Of a DNA stretch of 64,000 nucleotides, positions 42,615-54,608 are shown in pieces (position 1 is the stretch's first letter; the number at the start of each line of letters is the position of its first letter). Under the pieces are notes generated by a model that was not told the origin of the DNA, made no database searches, and worked only from the letters and a program-made list of their open reading frames with translations. The position numbers and the translations under genes were made by a program. This DNA is from Octopus sinensis (lineage: Eukaryota), in contig NC_043007.1 of the NCBI RefSeq assembly GCF_006345805.1, forward strand, positions 3,100,001-3,164,000. The letters are read 5' to 3'.

Positions 42615-43479
42615 ACTCCTGTCTGTACGTATAACCTCCTCCTTTATACGAACAATGTTAATTCATGTTTGTGGTTTGAATTAAAGCAATTCTCGTAAAC
42701 ATTTGTTCAGTTCTTTCTTTAGACTATTAAGTTATTTTCATTTGTTAAGTATTCTATAATTTCACAGATGCTTAAACCTTATCATTTTAGTAATAATGTT
42801 GCTGTACAGAATTTGTTTTGTGATTCAAACATTTCAACGCAGAAACAAAAGTCTTCTCATTTCAAGAATAATACTGCTTCTATGTTCATGAAGTTTGCAT
42901 AACTGAAGTCACGTAGTTTACCGTTTTCTTTATAATCACACATTTCATAATTTTTCGCACTGTTGCTACATTCATTCCCAAGTCTTGCTCTGTATTCCAT
43001 TAGCAGCCAACACGTGAATGTCTCTATAAAATCCACAATTTTTAATCAACGCTCATCTCTCTGTAGAGAACAATTTGTCATCTGCCGACAGCACTTGCCA
43101 CATTTGTATTATATTTTGGAATATGGTACCAATATAATCGAGATTAGACGCCTCACTGTATGCAGCAGAAGCAATTGCATATAGACGAATAAGTTGCAAA
43201 GTTAGAAATAAAATGACTGCCAATAGCCATCTCACAGCTGCTACAAAATCTGTTTCTCCGAATGTCCATCTACTTGTTCCATCTATGCTACATCAACGCA
43301 CTGTGTATTCTCTTTGGCCGGGTTTGATCTCAATTCACAGAATAAGCTCATTACGACAAAACACGTTATTCAAATCTGTATAAATCTCTCTCTCCCTCTT
43401 CCTCCCCCTTTCTCTCTCCCCCTTTCTCCCTCCCTCTTTCTCTTTTTCTCTCTCTCTCTCTCTCACTTGCTCGTTATAT

Positions 43480-43629
43480 ATGCATGTGTTCGTCTGTGGT
43501 TGTGTGGTAAGAAGTTTTAGACCCAACCACATTGCTCCAAGTTCGGTTCCACTTTGCAGCATCTTAGAAAAGTGTCTGCTACTACAGCTCCGGATTTGGT
43601 AAACGAAAACGGAAAGAAGCTCGTCGTAT

Positions 43630-43630
<1 letters not shown>
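43480..43630 (+). mobile_element. SINE family B, degraded 5' part
   Basis: CTGTGGTTGTGTGGTAAGAAG...GGATTTGGTAAACGAAAAC. Confidence 0.7.
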
Positions 43631-43669
<39 letters not shown>

Positions 43670-43932
43670 GCATGCATGTGTGTGTATCTGTGTATGTGCG
43701 TGTGTACATGTGGGTGTATAGAGTAAAAACGAGAAAATGAAGGGGCAAGTCAAAAAAGTGGTGATGAAGCTCGCTTTGTAAACACGAGGATTCTGATCAA
43801 TCCTCCTGCGCAGCACTTGGAGCAAGTGTCTCATCTTCTATTGCCGGGTTGACAAATACTTTATGAACGATTTAGTAGATGGAAACTATGTGGAAGCCTA
43901 TCAATTACACACATATATGCACATCTATCTAT

Positions 43933-43982
<50 letters not shown>

Positions 43983-44753
43983 CTATATATATATATATGT
44001 ACATATAGATATATATACATATATGTATAAAAAATACTGCAATATGTTAGGCTCTCCTCATCAAAAGAAGATTGGCAGAAGTGGTTCATATATTTGTACC
44101 AGAGATTGAAACGGTTGAAGGGAAAGAGGAGGTAGAAAAAGAACAAAGGTTAGGGAGAAGGAGGATATTTATGACGTAAGCTGGAGGGAGAGATGATGAA
44201 AAGAAGAAGTGAAAGTCAGAGAGAAAGAGAATGATTTATTTGATATAGGTTAAATAAATAAAGGTAGAATAAAATAAGCTGGGAGAGAGAGAATAGTAGA
44301 GAAGATAAAACTAAGGGCAGTGTGGTGAAAGAAAATGCAGCTGAGGGTGAAGCGCCCCCAGTCAAGAGCGCCTCTACGCTATTCGATAATTCAAAGTCAA
44401 AATCGATGACCAAATTCTAATTCAGATATCGATGGCTACAATATACAGAGAAGTGTCGTCACCTTCTGAACAGGTATTACGAAGCAGGTATTTTTCAAAT
44501 ATTTTGGTGAGATTAGAATTTTGAATTTGAAATTATGGAGTAAGAAAAGGCGACGCATAGAGTAAAGATATTAGAAATCCCTTTATCTTTTTCTTTTTGT
44601 TATTATATTCTCCTCAATATTTCTAATCAGTAATAATCATGCATAGCACTATTTCAGTCATCTTAGAAATCATCAGCATGATATAATCTGAGATATATTA
44701 ATTAAATACCTTATGAAGCGAAGTAGTTATAATAGATGGAAAGTAATTAGGTT

Positions 44754-45047
44754 TAAAGGTTGTTTGCCAGTATAACATGGCAATCCTGGTTTAGGACGAA
44801 TGTTGCTGTAATTTAGCCCCAGGAGACATCGTCTCCAGCTGGCTATACGACACAATCTGTGTCCTTACATTTTTCGAACAAGGGAATCTAGCACCCCACT
44901 CAGCTCAAAACAAATTCCCTTGATCGAAAAATATAAGGACACAGATCGTGTCGTATAGCCAGCTGGAGACGATGTCTCCTGGGGCTAAATTACAGCAACA
45001 TTCGTCCTAAACCAAGACTGCCATGTTATGTTGGCAAACAACCTTTA
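44754..45047. mobile_element. MITE-like palindromic element (134-bp arms, 26-nt loop)
   Basis: TAAAGGTTGTTTGCCA...AAGGGAAT versus ATTCCCTT...TGGCAAACAACCTTTA; a few mismatches. Confidence 0.85.
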
Positions 45048-45588
45048 CTCCAAAGTACTGTTGCTGAATATCTCCCGTTGTGAGATTTTAAAATAGTAAT
45101 TTTCCGAAAAGTAATTACACTTGAAGAAATTTGTTGAATATGTTTTGTTCTTTCTTTTAGATAATCTGGGTACTACATCATTCTTTCCTCTTCTCAAAGG
45201 TTAATTCTACCACCGTAAATTAAAGAAATACGCTCGTAAACTTAGCAGCGTTTCTTCTGCTTTCTATACTGCTGCATGGTGCCAACTTACAGCTGCGGAA
45301 GCTCCTTCTCAGAATCAAATATATTGATGATTAATATAAACTTTGCACCAACGTCGGAATTGACACGAACGTCTTCATCCTTACCGGCATTCAATAATTT
45401 ACGAGCCTGTTTAATTCATAAGTCACTCCATATTCAAAGAAACACTATCTGTGTTATGTATCGCTTAATGCATTAATAATTCTGCATAAATATTTATATT
45501 CCGTATTTCAAGTTCCTTTGTGTCTTCCAAAACATACAGTTCTCGCTAACATGAATAAAGTCTTTAAAGTGGATAAAGAAATTCGAAT

Positions 45589-45660
45589 CGTTACTTTGAT
45601 CCAATGGTAAAGCGACTGCTAAGTATACAGGAGATATGGGTTCGAGTCCCATAGCAGCCT
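45589..45660 (+). pseudogene. Degenerate tRNA-Thr(AGT)-like sequence
   Basis: AAAGCGACTGCTAAGTATACAGGAGATATGGGTTCGAGTCCCAT resembles metazoan tRNA-Thr(AGT); perfect T arm, broken anticodon and acceptor stems. Confidence 0.55.
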
Positions 45661-45711
45661 TGGATTTTTCCTATCCAAATTGCCTTTTAATCCAATATTT
45701 ACACGCTGTAA

Positions 45712-46140
45712 GGCGGCAAGCTGGCAGAAACGTTAGCACCCAGGCGAAATGCTTAGCGGAATTTCGTCTGTTTTTACAGTCTGAGTTCAAATTCCGCCGA
45801 GGTTGACTTTGCCTTTTATCCTTTCGGAGTGACTTAATTATGTACCAGTTACGTTCTGGGGAAAGGCATTTCATCTACTGTAACTTAGCTGTTTGACAAG
45901 CGTGACCGATAGAATTAGTTCCCGATTATATATAAGTATTGGGGTCGCTTCATTCCAGTAAAACCATTCAAGGCTAAATTAAGTACCAGTTACGTACTGG
46001 GGGAGGGGAGTAATTCATCGACTATAACTTAGCTGTTTGACAAACGTTACCGATAGAATTAGTTCCCGATTATAAATATGTATTGGGGTCGCTATATTCC
46101 ACTAAAACCATCCAGCATGGCCACAGTGAAACAAGTAAGA
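45712..46140 (+). mobile_element. SINE family A 5' part followed by two tandem family A/B chimeric segments
   Basis: GGCGGCAAGCTGGCAGAAACG head; GTACCAGTTACGT...GACCGATAGAATTAGT...TTGGGGTCGC repeated twice. Confidence 0.7.
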
Positions 46141-46582
46141 GATAAACTACTTTTTCATACACACAAATTATTATTTTTCTATGAGGTGGAAGTGGTGGTG
46201 GTGTTGGTGGGAAGAACTTTAGCATAAAGTGATATCATTGCTTTTTTAATGCTATTTGTAATTCAAGGGAAGCGAAGTATCAATAATCGTAATTCGAGTC
46301 ACGCGATTGGTCGCCTCGAGCTTATTTTGTCGCATATACTTGCTTGCAGACAGAAAAATCTTCACAGTTTGCTAGCGCATAAATACATGCTCCCCTTAAG
46401 GAATAAACCTACTTTCAACAAAACAAGTTTTCAAAAAGTCTTGATATTTATTTTGTGTTATTTACTGAAATCGTTCTATCATCATTCGACAGTAAAACTG
46501 TCCTCACTCTCACTCATTATGCTAATCAATGATACGTTTCAAGGAAATATTAGTTTAGATATAGAAATATGAAAATCGATTT

Positions 46583-46932
46583 TATTAGGTTGTTTCACGT
46601 GAAATGTCGCATTTTTAATTACTTGTTATTTCAGTCAATTAAAAACTCAATTATGTATACCTTGCATTTAATCTTGACTCTTTTTCCCCAACAGCATTGG
46701 TATACAAACTTCGTAACCACAGACCTTATGAAAATGTTAACAACCAAACTATGTTGAGTGATTTTCTCGTATGTGTACAAACTGGGTCACTCTGGGGGAA
46801 GAAGCTCTACGGAATATCAAGCGGGCCTTTGGTAATGGCTTTGTTGACAACAGAACTATCCAGAATTGGTTTCAAAGCTTTCGTTCAGGAGATGATAGTC
46901 TCGAAAATAAACCAAGGGGAAGGCCGAAATTA
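46583..46932 (+). mobile_element. Mariner 5' fragment (TIR plus N-terminal helix-turn-helix), interrupted by a second mariner
   Basis: TATTAGGTTGTTTCAC TIR-like start; VYKLGHS-EEALRNIKRAFGNGFVDNRTIQNWFQSFRSGDDSLENKPRGRP. Confidence 0.8.
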
Positions 46933-48002
46933 TGATGGATCATCCCAAAGCTAATACAGTTTTTTTTTTTAAATTGCATGAACTAAAAGTCGGAGGGGAA
47001 CGGGATAAACTACCTGCATCAACTTGCTAGTGATCGGATAATAAGTGTAAGCCAGTGTCACTGGTATTTCCAGAAATTCCAAGCCGGAAACTACAACATA
47101 GAAGACGAGCCTCATCCTGGAAGATCTGTAGAGCTCAACGAGGACTGCCTGTAAACCATGGTGGACAAAAATTTCATTGTGACTGTTGAGGAACTAGCAA
47201 AGGAGCTTTGTTTTGGTCATTCAACCATTCACCGATACCTACGTGCCATCGGAAAAGTCAGCAAATTGGGTCAATGTGTTGCTTACAAACTTGCCGAGTC
47301 TAATCGCGAGTAGAGAATGAATGTCTACTCTTCTTTGCAGTCACGTCTCATGAATGAACCATTTTTTTGTTTTGGACCGAAGAGTGGGTGGTGACGAGAA
47401 GACTGGTTAAAGAAAGGAGAAACACGGACATTCCAGGCTAAAGAATTTCTTCACCAACGTAAGGTGTTGTTACCTGTTTGGTGGGATGTGAAAGGTTTAG
47501 TCCGCTTTGAACTTTTAAACCCAAACCAAACGATAGCAAAGGAGATCTACTGCGAGCAGTTGGGCAGCTTAAGTCTGCGACAGAAGTAAAACGACCATCT
47601 TTGCTTTCAAGGCGAAAGGTATTCTTCGATCCGGATAATGCCCGGCTACATACAGCCAGGATGACATTCCAAAGGCTGGGGCAGTTTGAATGGGAAACGA
47701 TGCCCCACCCACCATATTCGCCGGACAATGCCCCAACTGATTATTATTTATTCCACAGTCTTCAAAATCATTTGGCCGGAAAAAATATGAATTCTGTAGA
47801 CGAGGTCAGAATAGTATTGGAGGAGTAGATTTCGTCACGGACAAGTGATCTTTGGAAGAGGGGCCTTGCAAGTCTAGAAGATGTAGAAAATTGCAGAAAA
47901 TGAAGGAGAGCATATTTTAGATTAAAAAAGAACTTTGTTTATCTTACTTTTGAAAAATAAAACAAGTATAAAAAACCGCATTATTTATGAGATGATCCAA
48001 TA
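46933..48002 (+). mobile_element. Mariner (DD34D) transposon, pseudogenised, with both TIRs
   Basis: TIRs TGATGGATCATCCCAAAGCTAATACAGTTTTTT and AAAAAACCGCATTATTTATGAGATGATCCAATA flanked by TA; FQKFQAGNYNIEDEPHPGR, GDEK, VWWD, DNARLH, HPPYSPDNAPTDYYLF. Confidence 0.93.
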
Positions 48003-48029
48003 TATATAGTTATTTTTATATATTAACAG

Positions 48030-48273
48030 GGCAAACTTACACGGAGTACAATTGACAGAGGAAATTGAAGGGGAGAATTATGGTGTTACAAGTCCGACAT
48101 CAATTTCTGGCGTCTTGGACATCAATTATATTTTTAGAAGTAGTTCAACAGAATATGAAACCAGTAATAGAAGCACAAATGAATCCAGCCTCCGCCCGCG
48201 CTGTAGAGAAAGGATCCGAGACTGGAATTTTCATTGCTTCTATTACGGAAAGCGTTGCATTATTTGCACAATG
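48030..48273 (+). CDS. Candidate exon or pseudo-exon, product unknown
   Basis: TTTTTATATATTAACAG acceptor and ATG|GTGAGA donor bracket an 81-codon open frame with a Ser/Thr-rich middle; no family recognised. Confidence 0.25.
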
Positions 48274-48393
48274 GTGAGAATGTACAACCAGAATCGCCCA
48301 GACGACCTTAACGTAAGATTCAGAATTCATCCATCGATGGGATCACATACCATACGCCACCTGCAGAATTCAGGCTCATAAAGCATAACTTGG

Positions 48394-48686
48394 ATCTTTA
48401 CCTTTTGACCGACAGATTTAAAAAATAATTCTTTGTAACTAAACACTTTCAAACTTCGTATACTGGTAGAATGTGTCACAGTAAATTTATTCAGCTGAAT
48501 ACACTTCATTGATTGGTTGAAATTACCGATATACGGCCACTTTAACAAAAAATAACTTCCAAAATACAGAATTTTCTCAACAACGCCAAGGGTAAAAGAT
48601 GACGCATTCTACCAGTATACAAAGTTTGAAAGTGTTTAGTTACAAAAAATTATTTTTTTTAAATCTGTCAGTCAAAAGGTAAAGAT
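48394..48686. mobile_element. MITE with about 85-bp terminal inverted repeats
   Basis: ATCTTTACCTTTTGACCGACAGATTT...GAATGTGTCA versus TGACGCATTC...AAATCTGTCAGTCAAAAGGTAAAGAT. Confidence 0.85.
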
Positions 48687-49021
48687 TCCGTAATTTCACT
48701 GCAACACAATTTCTTTTCCTCTACTTATCTATGTGTGTGTGTGGGGGGGGGTGTATAAAATCTAAACGAATCCCAGTGCATCTTCATCTCTTCTTCGATA
48801 TCTCTGCTCGAGTGAAATAAAATAACACACACATACACAATCACGCGCACACACACGTACGCATGTATGTATGCATGTACGTATGTATGTATGCGTGTAC
48901 GAAAGAAAATGATTTTATTCCACGTGAGTAGAGATACAGAAAAAATGAATTCAAAATGCATTGGGTTACCTTTAGATATTTTGTTTCTGAATTTTAAGAT
49001 TTAAATTAGAGAATTCGGTTT

Positions 49022-49500
49022 CACATGTTTCTCTGATTTTCAGAAGTTGAGACATGTCGCGAGTGCTTTATTTTTCTACAGACAATAAAGGAATTCTGGA
49101 ACGCAGGAAGGCCGTGAAGCGACCTAAGAAAATCGGATGGAAAACACTTAGAAGAGGGGGAAAAAACGGCCAGCAAGACTCTACAGAGAATCGAACCCTA
49201 GAAGACGGATTAACTCAGCGCTTATAAGTTGCTTTACAAAATATGCTCACATTCAGAAAAGCTACTATGTAGCATTATACAAAGAAGATAAATGTTGTCA
49301 GAGACCCCTTTAGCTCATAATAAAGCGCGATAGCCAGAATTAAAGAGGTACACGTTCGATTCTCTGTAGGAAATTTCTGGTCACTTGTTCCAATTTTACG
49401 TCTTCTAAAGAAATATCCCCCGATTTTCAGGATGCATTTACAGTCTTCGAAAATTCCTTTATTTTCTGTAGAATATACATAACCATGTAAAGAAACACGT
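49022..49500. mobile_element. Old, diverged MITE-like inverted repeat
   Basis: TTCTACAGACAATAAAGGAATT versus AATTCCTTTATTTTCTGTAGAA, and GAAAATCGG versus CCGATTTTC. Confidence 0.5.
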
Positions 49501-50094
49501 GCTTTTTCAGGACTTTTTCGGACCTTTTCTTTCTCCTCTCTCTCTCTCTTTGACGAAGAATCGTAAAAAACCCACTCTTTTTTTTGTCACCTTTACTGAA
49601 CGTCAAGCTAATATTCCATGTACGTCTTTTTCTTGTCTCGTTATTTGCTATTTGCAGTGTTCGATATCACTATGTGTCGTAAGTCCAAAACGTTGCTTTT
49701 TCATAAAGCATAAAGAGATGAAGTAAAAACCTTGATGATGACATATCCAATAACATATTGGATAAGTGGTATTTTAGAAAAGAGCATTCGCATGAATAGA
49801 GAAATTAGAAATTTAATGGGCATGCGAGAGGCAAGGAGATCAAACGAATCTATTATTTCAAACAATTATCTTAATTAGTTGATAGCGATATTTTGTTATG
49901 AAGAAATGCAAGGAACATAGACAAGCTGTAGCCAGGGCAGGTGAGTCATTAAGACTAGGATGACACCTTGTCGGTTAAGTGACATAAAAGGAAGCAGACC
50001 TCAGGGCAGCAGAAACTCATAAAACTTTAAGTGCTTTTCACGCTCGTACACGCACACACGCTGAGACACATGCACTCATACACACTTATACGCA

Positions 50095-50398
50095 TGTCTA
50101 TATATATATAGACACATTCACATATATACATACACACATATTCACAAATATATGTATATACACATACATACACATACACACAAATATGTATGTTTACAAA
50201 CGTACACGCAATATATATATATGTTTTTTATATGTACACACACACTTACACACATACACACATACATATATACATACATATATATGTACATGCATATATG
50301 CACACATACGCTTACACACATATATACATATATATACATACATACATGCACACATGTATACAAATGCGCGAACATGTATACAGGCCCTTGCATACACG

Positions 50399-50482
<84 letters not shown>
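50095..50482. repeat. Compound TA/CA microsatellite
   Basis: Directly visible. Confidence 0.95.
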
Positions 50483-50486
<4 letters not shown>

Positions 50487-51126
50487 CTCACACACAGCCA
50501 AACATTTATATACTTGTGTAAGTATGGAGATAGAAACCAAAGGGTATAAAAATAAAGAAATATAAGCATTATGTATAAGAAGTCGTGGGCGAATGATAGA
50601 GAGCTCGGAGCTCACACAGCAGATAACCAAAGATTTCATTATTCATAAAATATAGAGGTTGCAAAAAATATGAGAATGAGTAATCAGGAGGCCGAATGCA
50701 TTATGTAACATACGATTCAAACAATACTGAAAGATTTAAATGATATACTTAACTATGTTGGTGAGTTTGCAAAATAGAAGCCGAGAAGTATTATTTGAGG
50801 TAACTGGTTTAAAGATTCAAATGCGTTTTACCCAACGTACATTAAACTTACAATTCAGCGCAGGAATAGGGTACACTCGTACGTATTGTTTGTGTAGGAT
50901 AATGCATGATTTATTGCGCTCCAAATAATTTGTAATTTAATTTAATTTCCATATTTTTTCTGAGAGTGATGTAACCTTAGCCTCTACTGCGATAACTGAA
51001 AGAGGAAAACTGATTATATAATCACTTCGTGAATTTGTAAGGAGTGGAACCGATACCTAGATTAAGTAACGAGGAAAAATGAAATTCTTATCTTACATTT
51101 ATTAAGAATGTTTATTTTTATTTATA

Positions 51127-51423
51127 TGCCCTTTTCAAGCCTAGCCAGGCTCATGGGCCAGGTTTCCCGGTTTCTTTGGCGTATGTGTTTCCCCAGCTGG
51201 ACGGGACGCCAGTCCATCGCAGCGTTACTCAAGAAACAGGAAGTAATAGTGAGAGAAAGTTGGGACGAAAGAGTACAACAAGGGTCACCACCACCCAATG
51301 CCGCAGCATCGTGGAGCTTCAAGTGTTTTTCGCTAGATAAACACACACAACACCCGGTCTGGGAATCGAAACCGCGATCCTCCGACCGCGAGTCCACTGC
51401 GTTATCCACTGAGCCATTGCGCC
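51127..51423 (-). mobile_element. SINE family C, full length
   Basis: Minus strand GGCGCAATGGCTCAGTGGATAACGCAGTGGACTCGCGGTCGG...GATGGACTGGCGTCCCGTCCAGCTGGG...CTTGAAAAGGGC. Confidence 0.9.
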
Positions 51424-52146
51424 TCCACTTATTAAAGATGTGGGAATATTTAATGGATAGGGACTTTTTTCTCTCTAAAGAAGCAAATCACCGATTAGAA
51501 AGTTTCGTAATAATATTGGCGTTCCATGGTGGATTAAACCAGATTATGTCAATATTGCGCCAGCTCGGTTGGCTTATGGACTTGCAGCATTTGCACTTGT
51601 GTGCTTTAATGGTACCATCAAGATTATTCGAACAGCTATACTTAGTCATAGTGTTATTAATTGTTTTAAGACCGCTAGCGCTATTATAACCATTAGTATA
51701 AATAACATTAGTGTCAGCAAATTTTACAGTACATTCATTGTTATACTTAATGTTCGATACATGTCTATCTTTATTACGAATATCAATTCCAGAACTATTA
51801 GTGTCAGTTTTAATATCAGTACGACTACTAACGTCCGTTTAATCTTTCCTAAATAACTTCATTATATCGGTATTATTATTATTACTATTATTATTATTAT
51901 TATGATAACGACTGTTGTGATGAGTCTTACTATTATCAGTAGAATCTACATTGTGCGAGTTGATATCATGGGAAGCGCCTGATATTTATCATTTACATTC
52001 TTATTCTTTCGATTCAGAAGTGTTGGGTTTCTTATATTTTTCCAGTTATTTTTAGTATTGCACGTAATTGTATTTCTGTGGTTGTTTTTGCTCTTGCAGC
52101 CATATATATATATATATGTTATATATATATATATTATATATATATA

Positions 52147-52187
<41 letters not shown>

Positions 52188-52215
52188 TAATGTATGTATG
52201 TATGTATATGTATAA

Positions 52216-52279
<64 letters not shown>

Positions 52280-52320
52280 TTAGCACGGTGCATAAGGATG
52301 CAGAGAAAGCATCCATCCGT

Positions 52321-52725
52321 TTAGAAATAAGAGCTAAAGCCCTAAGTCAACCTCTGGAAGTCACCAAATTAAAAGAAGATAACATTAAACGAGGGAACGA
52401 TAAAGAATTAAGACATTAAAAAGCTTAATTTTATAGATTATGCCATTCAAATGCTCATATATCATTATTACGGGTTCTGGCCCGATGGGCCTCAACCTTC
52501 TGCAGTAACCTTCCCAGTAACTCATACTGAAGAAGGTTGAGGCCCTCCGAGCTGGAACGCGAAGCCGGAACTCGAAGCAATGGTTTATGGGCATCCGAAA
52601 GGCATAATCTTTAAAGTGATGCTTTTTAATGCCATAATTATTTATCTGATTCCTCGCTTCCTCTAATTTTCTGATATCTTGATACCTTCCGGTGGTTGAA
52701 TTAGGACTTTAGCTCTTATTTCTAA
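52321..52725. mobile_element. Diverged palindromic MITE
   Basis: TTAGAAATAAGAGCTAAAG / CTTTAGCTCTTATTTCTAA termini; inner GGCCTCAACCTTCT / AGAAGGTTGAGGCC. Confidence 0.8.
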
Positions 52726-52922
52726 GTAGGCTTATATTTTTCTCGCATCATTAATTATGCTCCGTCCTAGTTTAAATTTTATAGCCATATAATGCTATTA
52801 AGCATGTGAACCGCCTATGTTACTGCTGTTAATATTATCAATTAAAAATAATCAGCACAAATATTAACAATCTTACTTCGCGTGTAAACATTCAAATAAT
52901 TTGCTCATATATATATATACAG

Positions 52923-52969
<47 letters not shown>

Positions 52970-53036
52970 CATAAACATATACATATATATATATATAGAG
53001 AGAGAGGGGGAGAGAGACAGACAGACATACATAAAC

Positions 53037-53101
<65 letters not shown>

Positions 53102-53203
53102 GGAGTAAACACATAGATGTGAAACAAGGTGGAAAAAAGAGTACACAAATACCAGTGGTAGAGAAATATGCTTTATTTAAAGCAGCAGAAAATTCAACAA
53201 AAC

Positions 53204-53241
53204 CTGTTACTCTGAGTTTCACGTTGCCGTTCATCGGACAG
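53204..53241 (-). ncRNA. Minimal type I hammerhead ribozyme motif, U4C variant
   Basis: Minus strand CTGT CCGATGA ACG-GCAA-CGT GAAA CTC-A-GAG T A ACAG; GUA triplet. Confidence 0.7.
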
Positions 53242-53252
53242 TTTTGCAAAAT

Positions 53253-53290
53253 CTGTCCGATGAACGGCAACGTGAAACGCAGAGTAACAG
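53253..53290 (+). ncRNA. Minimal hammerhead motif, U4C variant, mirror copy with one stem III mismatch
   Basis: CTGT CCGATGA ACGGCAACGT GAAA CGCAGAG T A ACAG. Confidence 0.6.
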
Positions 53291-53361
53291 GCTTTGCTGA
53301 ATTTTCTGCTGCTTTAAATAAACTATATATATAGATAGACATAAGCATATACATATATATA

Positions 53362-53399
<38 letters not shown>

Positions 53400-53767
53400 T
53401 ATATACATACATATATATGAATTGTGGTATAAAGAAAGGTGAATGTTAAATTCGGAATTTTCTTTGTAAGCACCCATTAACATCGACAGCCGAAACGGCC
53501 GTAAGAAGTATTATGTAATTTTATGTTATGTTGTGTATTAGCCAATTTCTCTGTTTGTCGATCAAACGTTTTCTCCATTTTCTGCTTATTTACATTTAAA
53601 TTTGATTCCTGACAAACTTTTCTTTATTCAGTTATTATCTGTACTCTATGAGCATAGTGTGCTTGCCTACTTATGCCCAGGGATAACATAGGAAAATGAT
53701 ACCGGCAATAAGAACGGATATTCTCATCCCTTAGACAGTTATTCCATCTGCTAACTTTGCTTACCTG

Positions 53768-53814
<47 letters not shown>

Positions 53815-53947
53815 ACATACATATACATACATATGTGTGTGTGTATATGAATATATATGTATGTACGTATGTTTGTATATATATATACATATGTTTGTGT
53901 GAGTGAGTGCGTGTGTTTTGTGTGTGTGTGTGTTTGTATGTGTTTGT

Positions 53948-54142
53948 GTGTTTATGTTTGTTCCCCCACCATAGTTTGACAACCGATGTTGGTGTGTTTG
54001 TGTCCCCGGGACTTGGCGTTTCGGCAAAATACCGCTTGAATACGTGTTGGGCTTGCAGAGAATAAGTCCTGGGCTCGATTTGTTCGATTAAAGGCGGTGA
54101 TCCAGCATGGTCGCAGTCAAATGAGTGAAACAAGAAAAATAA
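53948..54142 (+). mobile_element. SINE family B, 3' part
   Basis: TTTGACAACCGATGTTGGTGTG...CCAGCATGGTCGCAGTCAAATGAGTGAAAC. Confidence 0.8.
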
Positions 54143-54508
54143 TAACAGAATATATATATGTGCATGTGTATGTGTGTATGCGTGTGCCTGTATTATATAT
54201 GTGTGTGTGTGCGTGTTTAAATCCATGCATCTATACATCCATCTTCTTTGCTCCTAGTCCGTGGAGGAGTAGTGGGATTAGAAACCTCAGTTACATTCTT
54301 CATATCATAAGGAACCCTCATTACACTTCGCAATTGGATTCCCAAGGATGAATAACTGAGACTATGGATCTTCTTCAACTGAGAGCATGGCGGGTGGATC
54401 TCATTCTTGATTCTACCTCTCTATCACAAGGTCCCTTGCCTTTTAACTCGGTTTGGAGAAGCCGTCTTGCGTTTCTTTCTTCTGACTTTATATATATATA
54501 TAATGCAC

Positions 54509-54608
<100 letters not shown>

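Larger units (their letters stand above)
53102..53322. mobile_element. Hammerhead-bearing repeat with foldback duplication, flanked on both sides by (TA)n
   Basis: Arms 53172-53241 and 53253-53322; centre TTTTGCAAAAT; left arm extends further to 53102. Confidence 0.85.

Noticed and set aside
52524-52560. CTGAAGA as a hammerhead core
   Set aside because: No stem II followed by GAAA and no stem I; it lies in the arm of a MITE.
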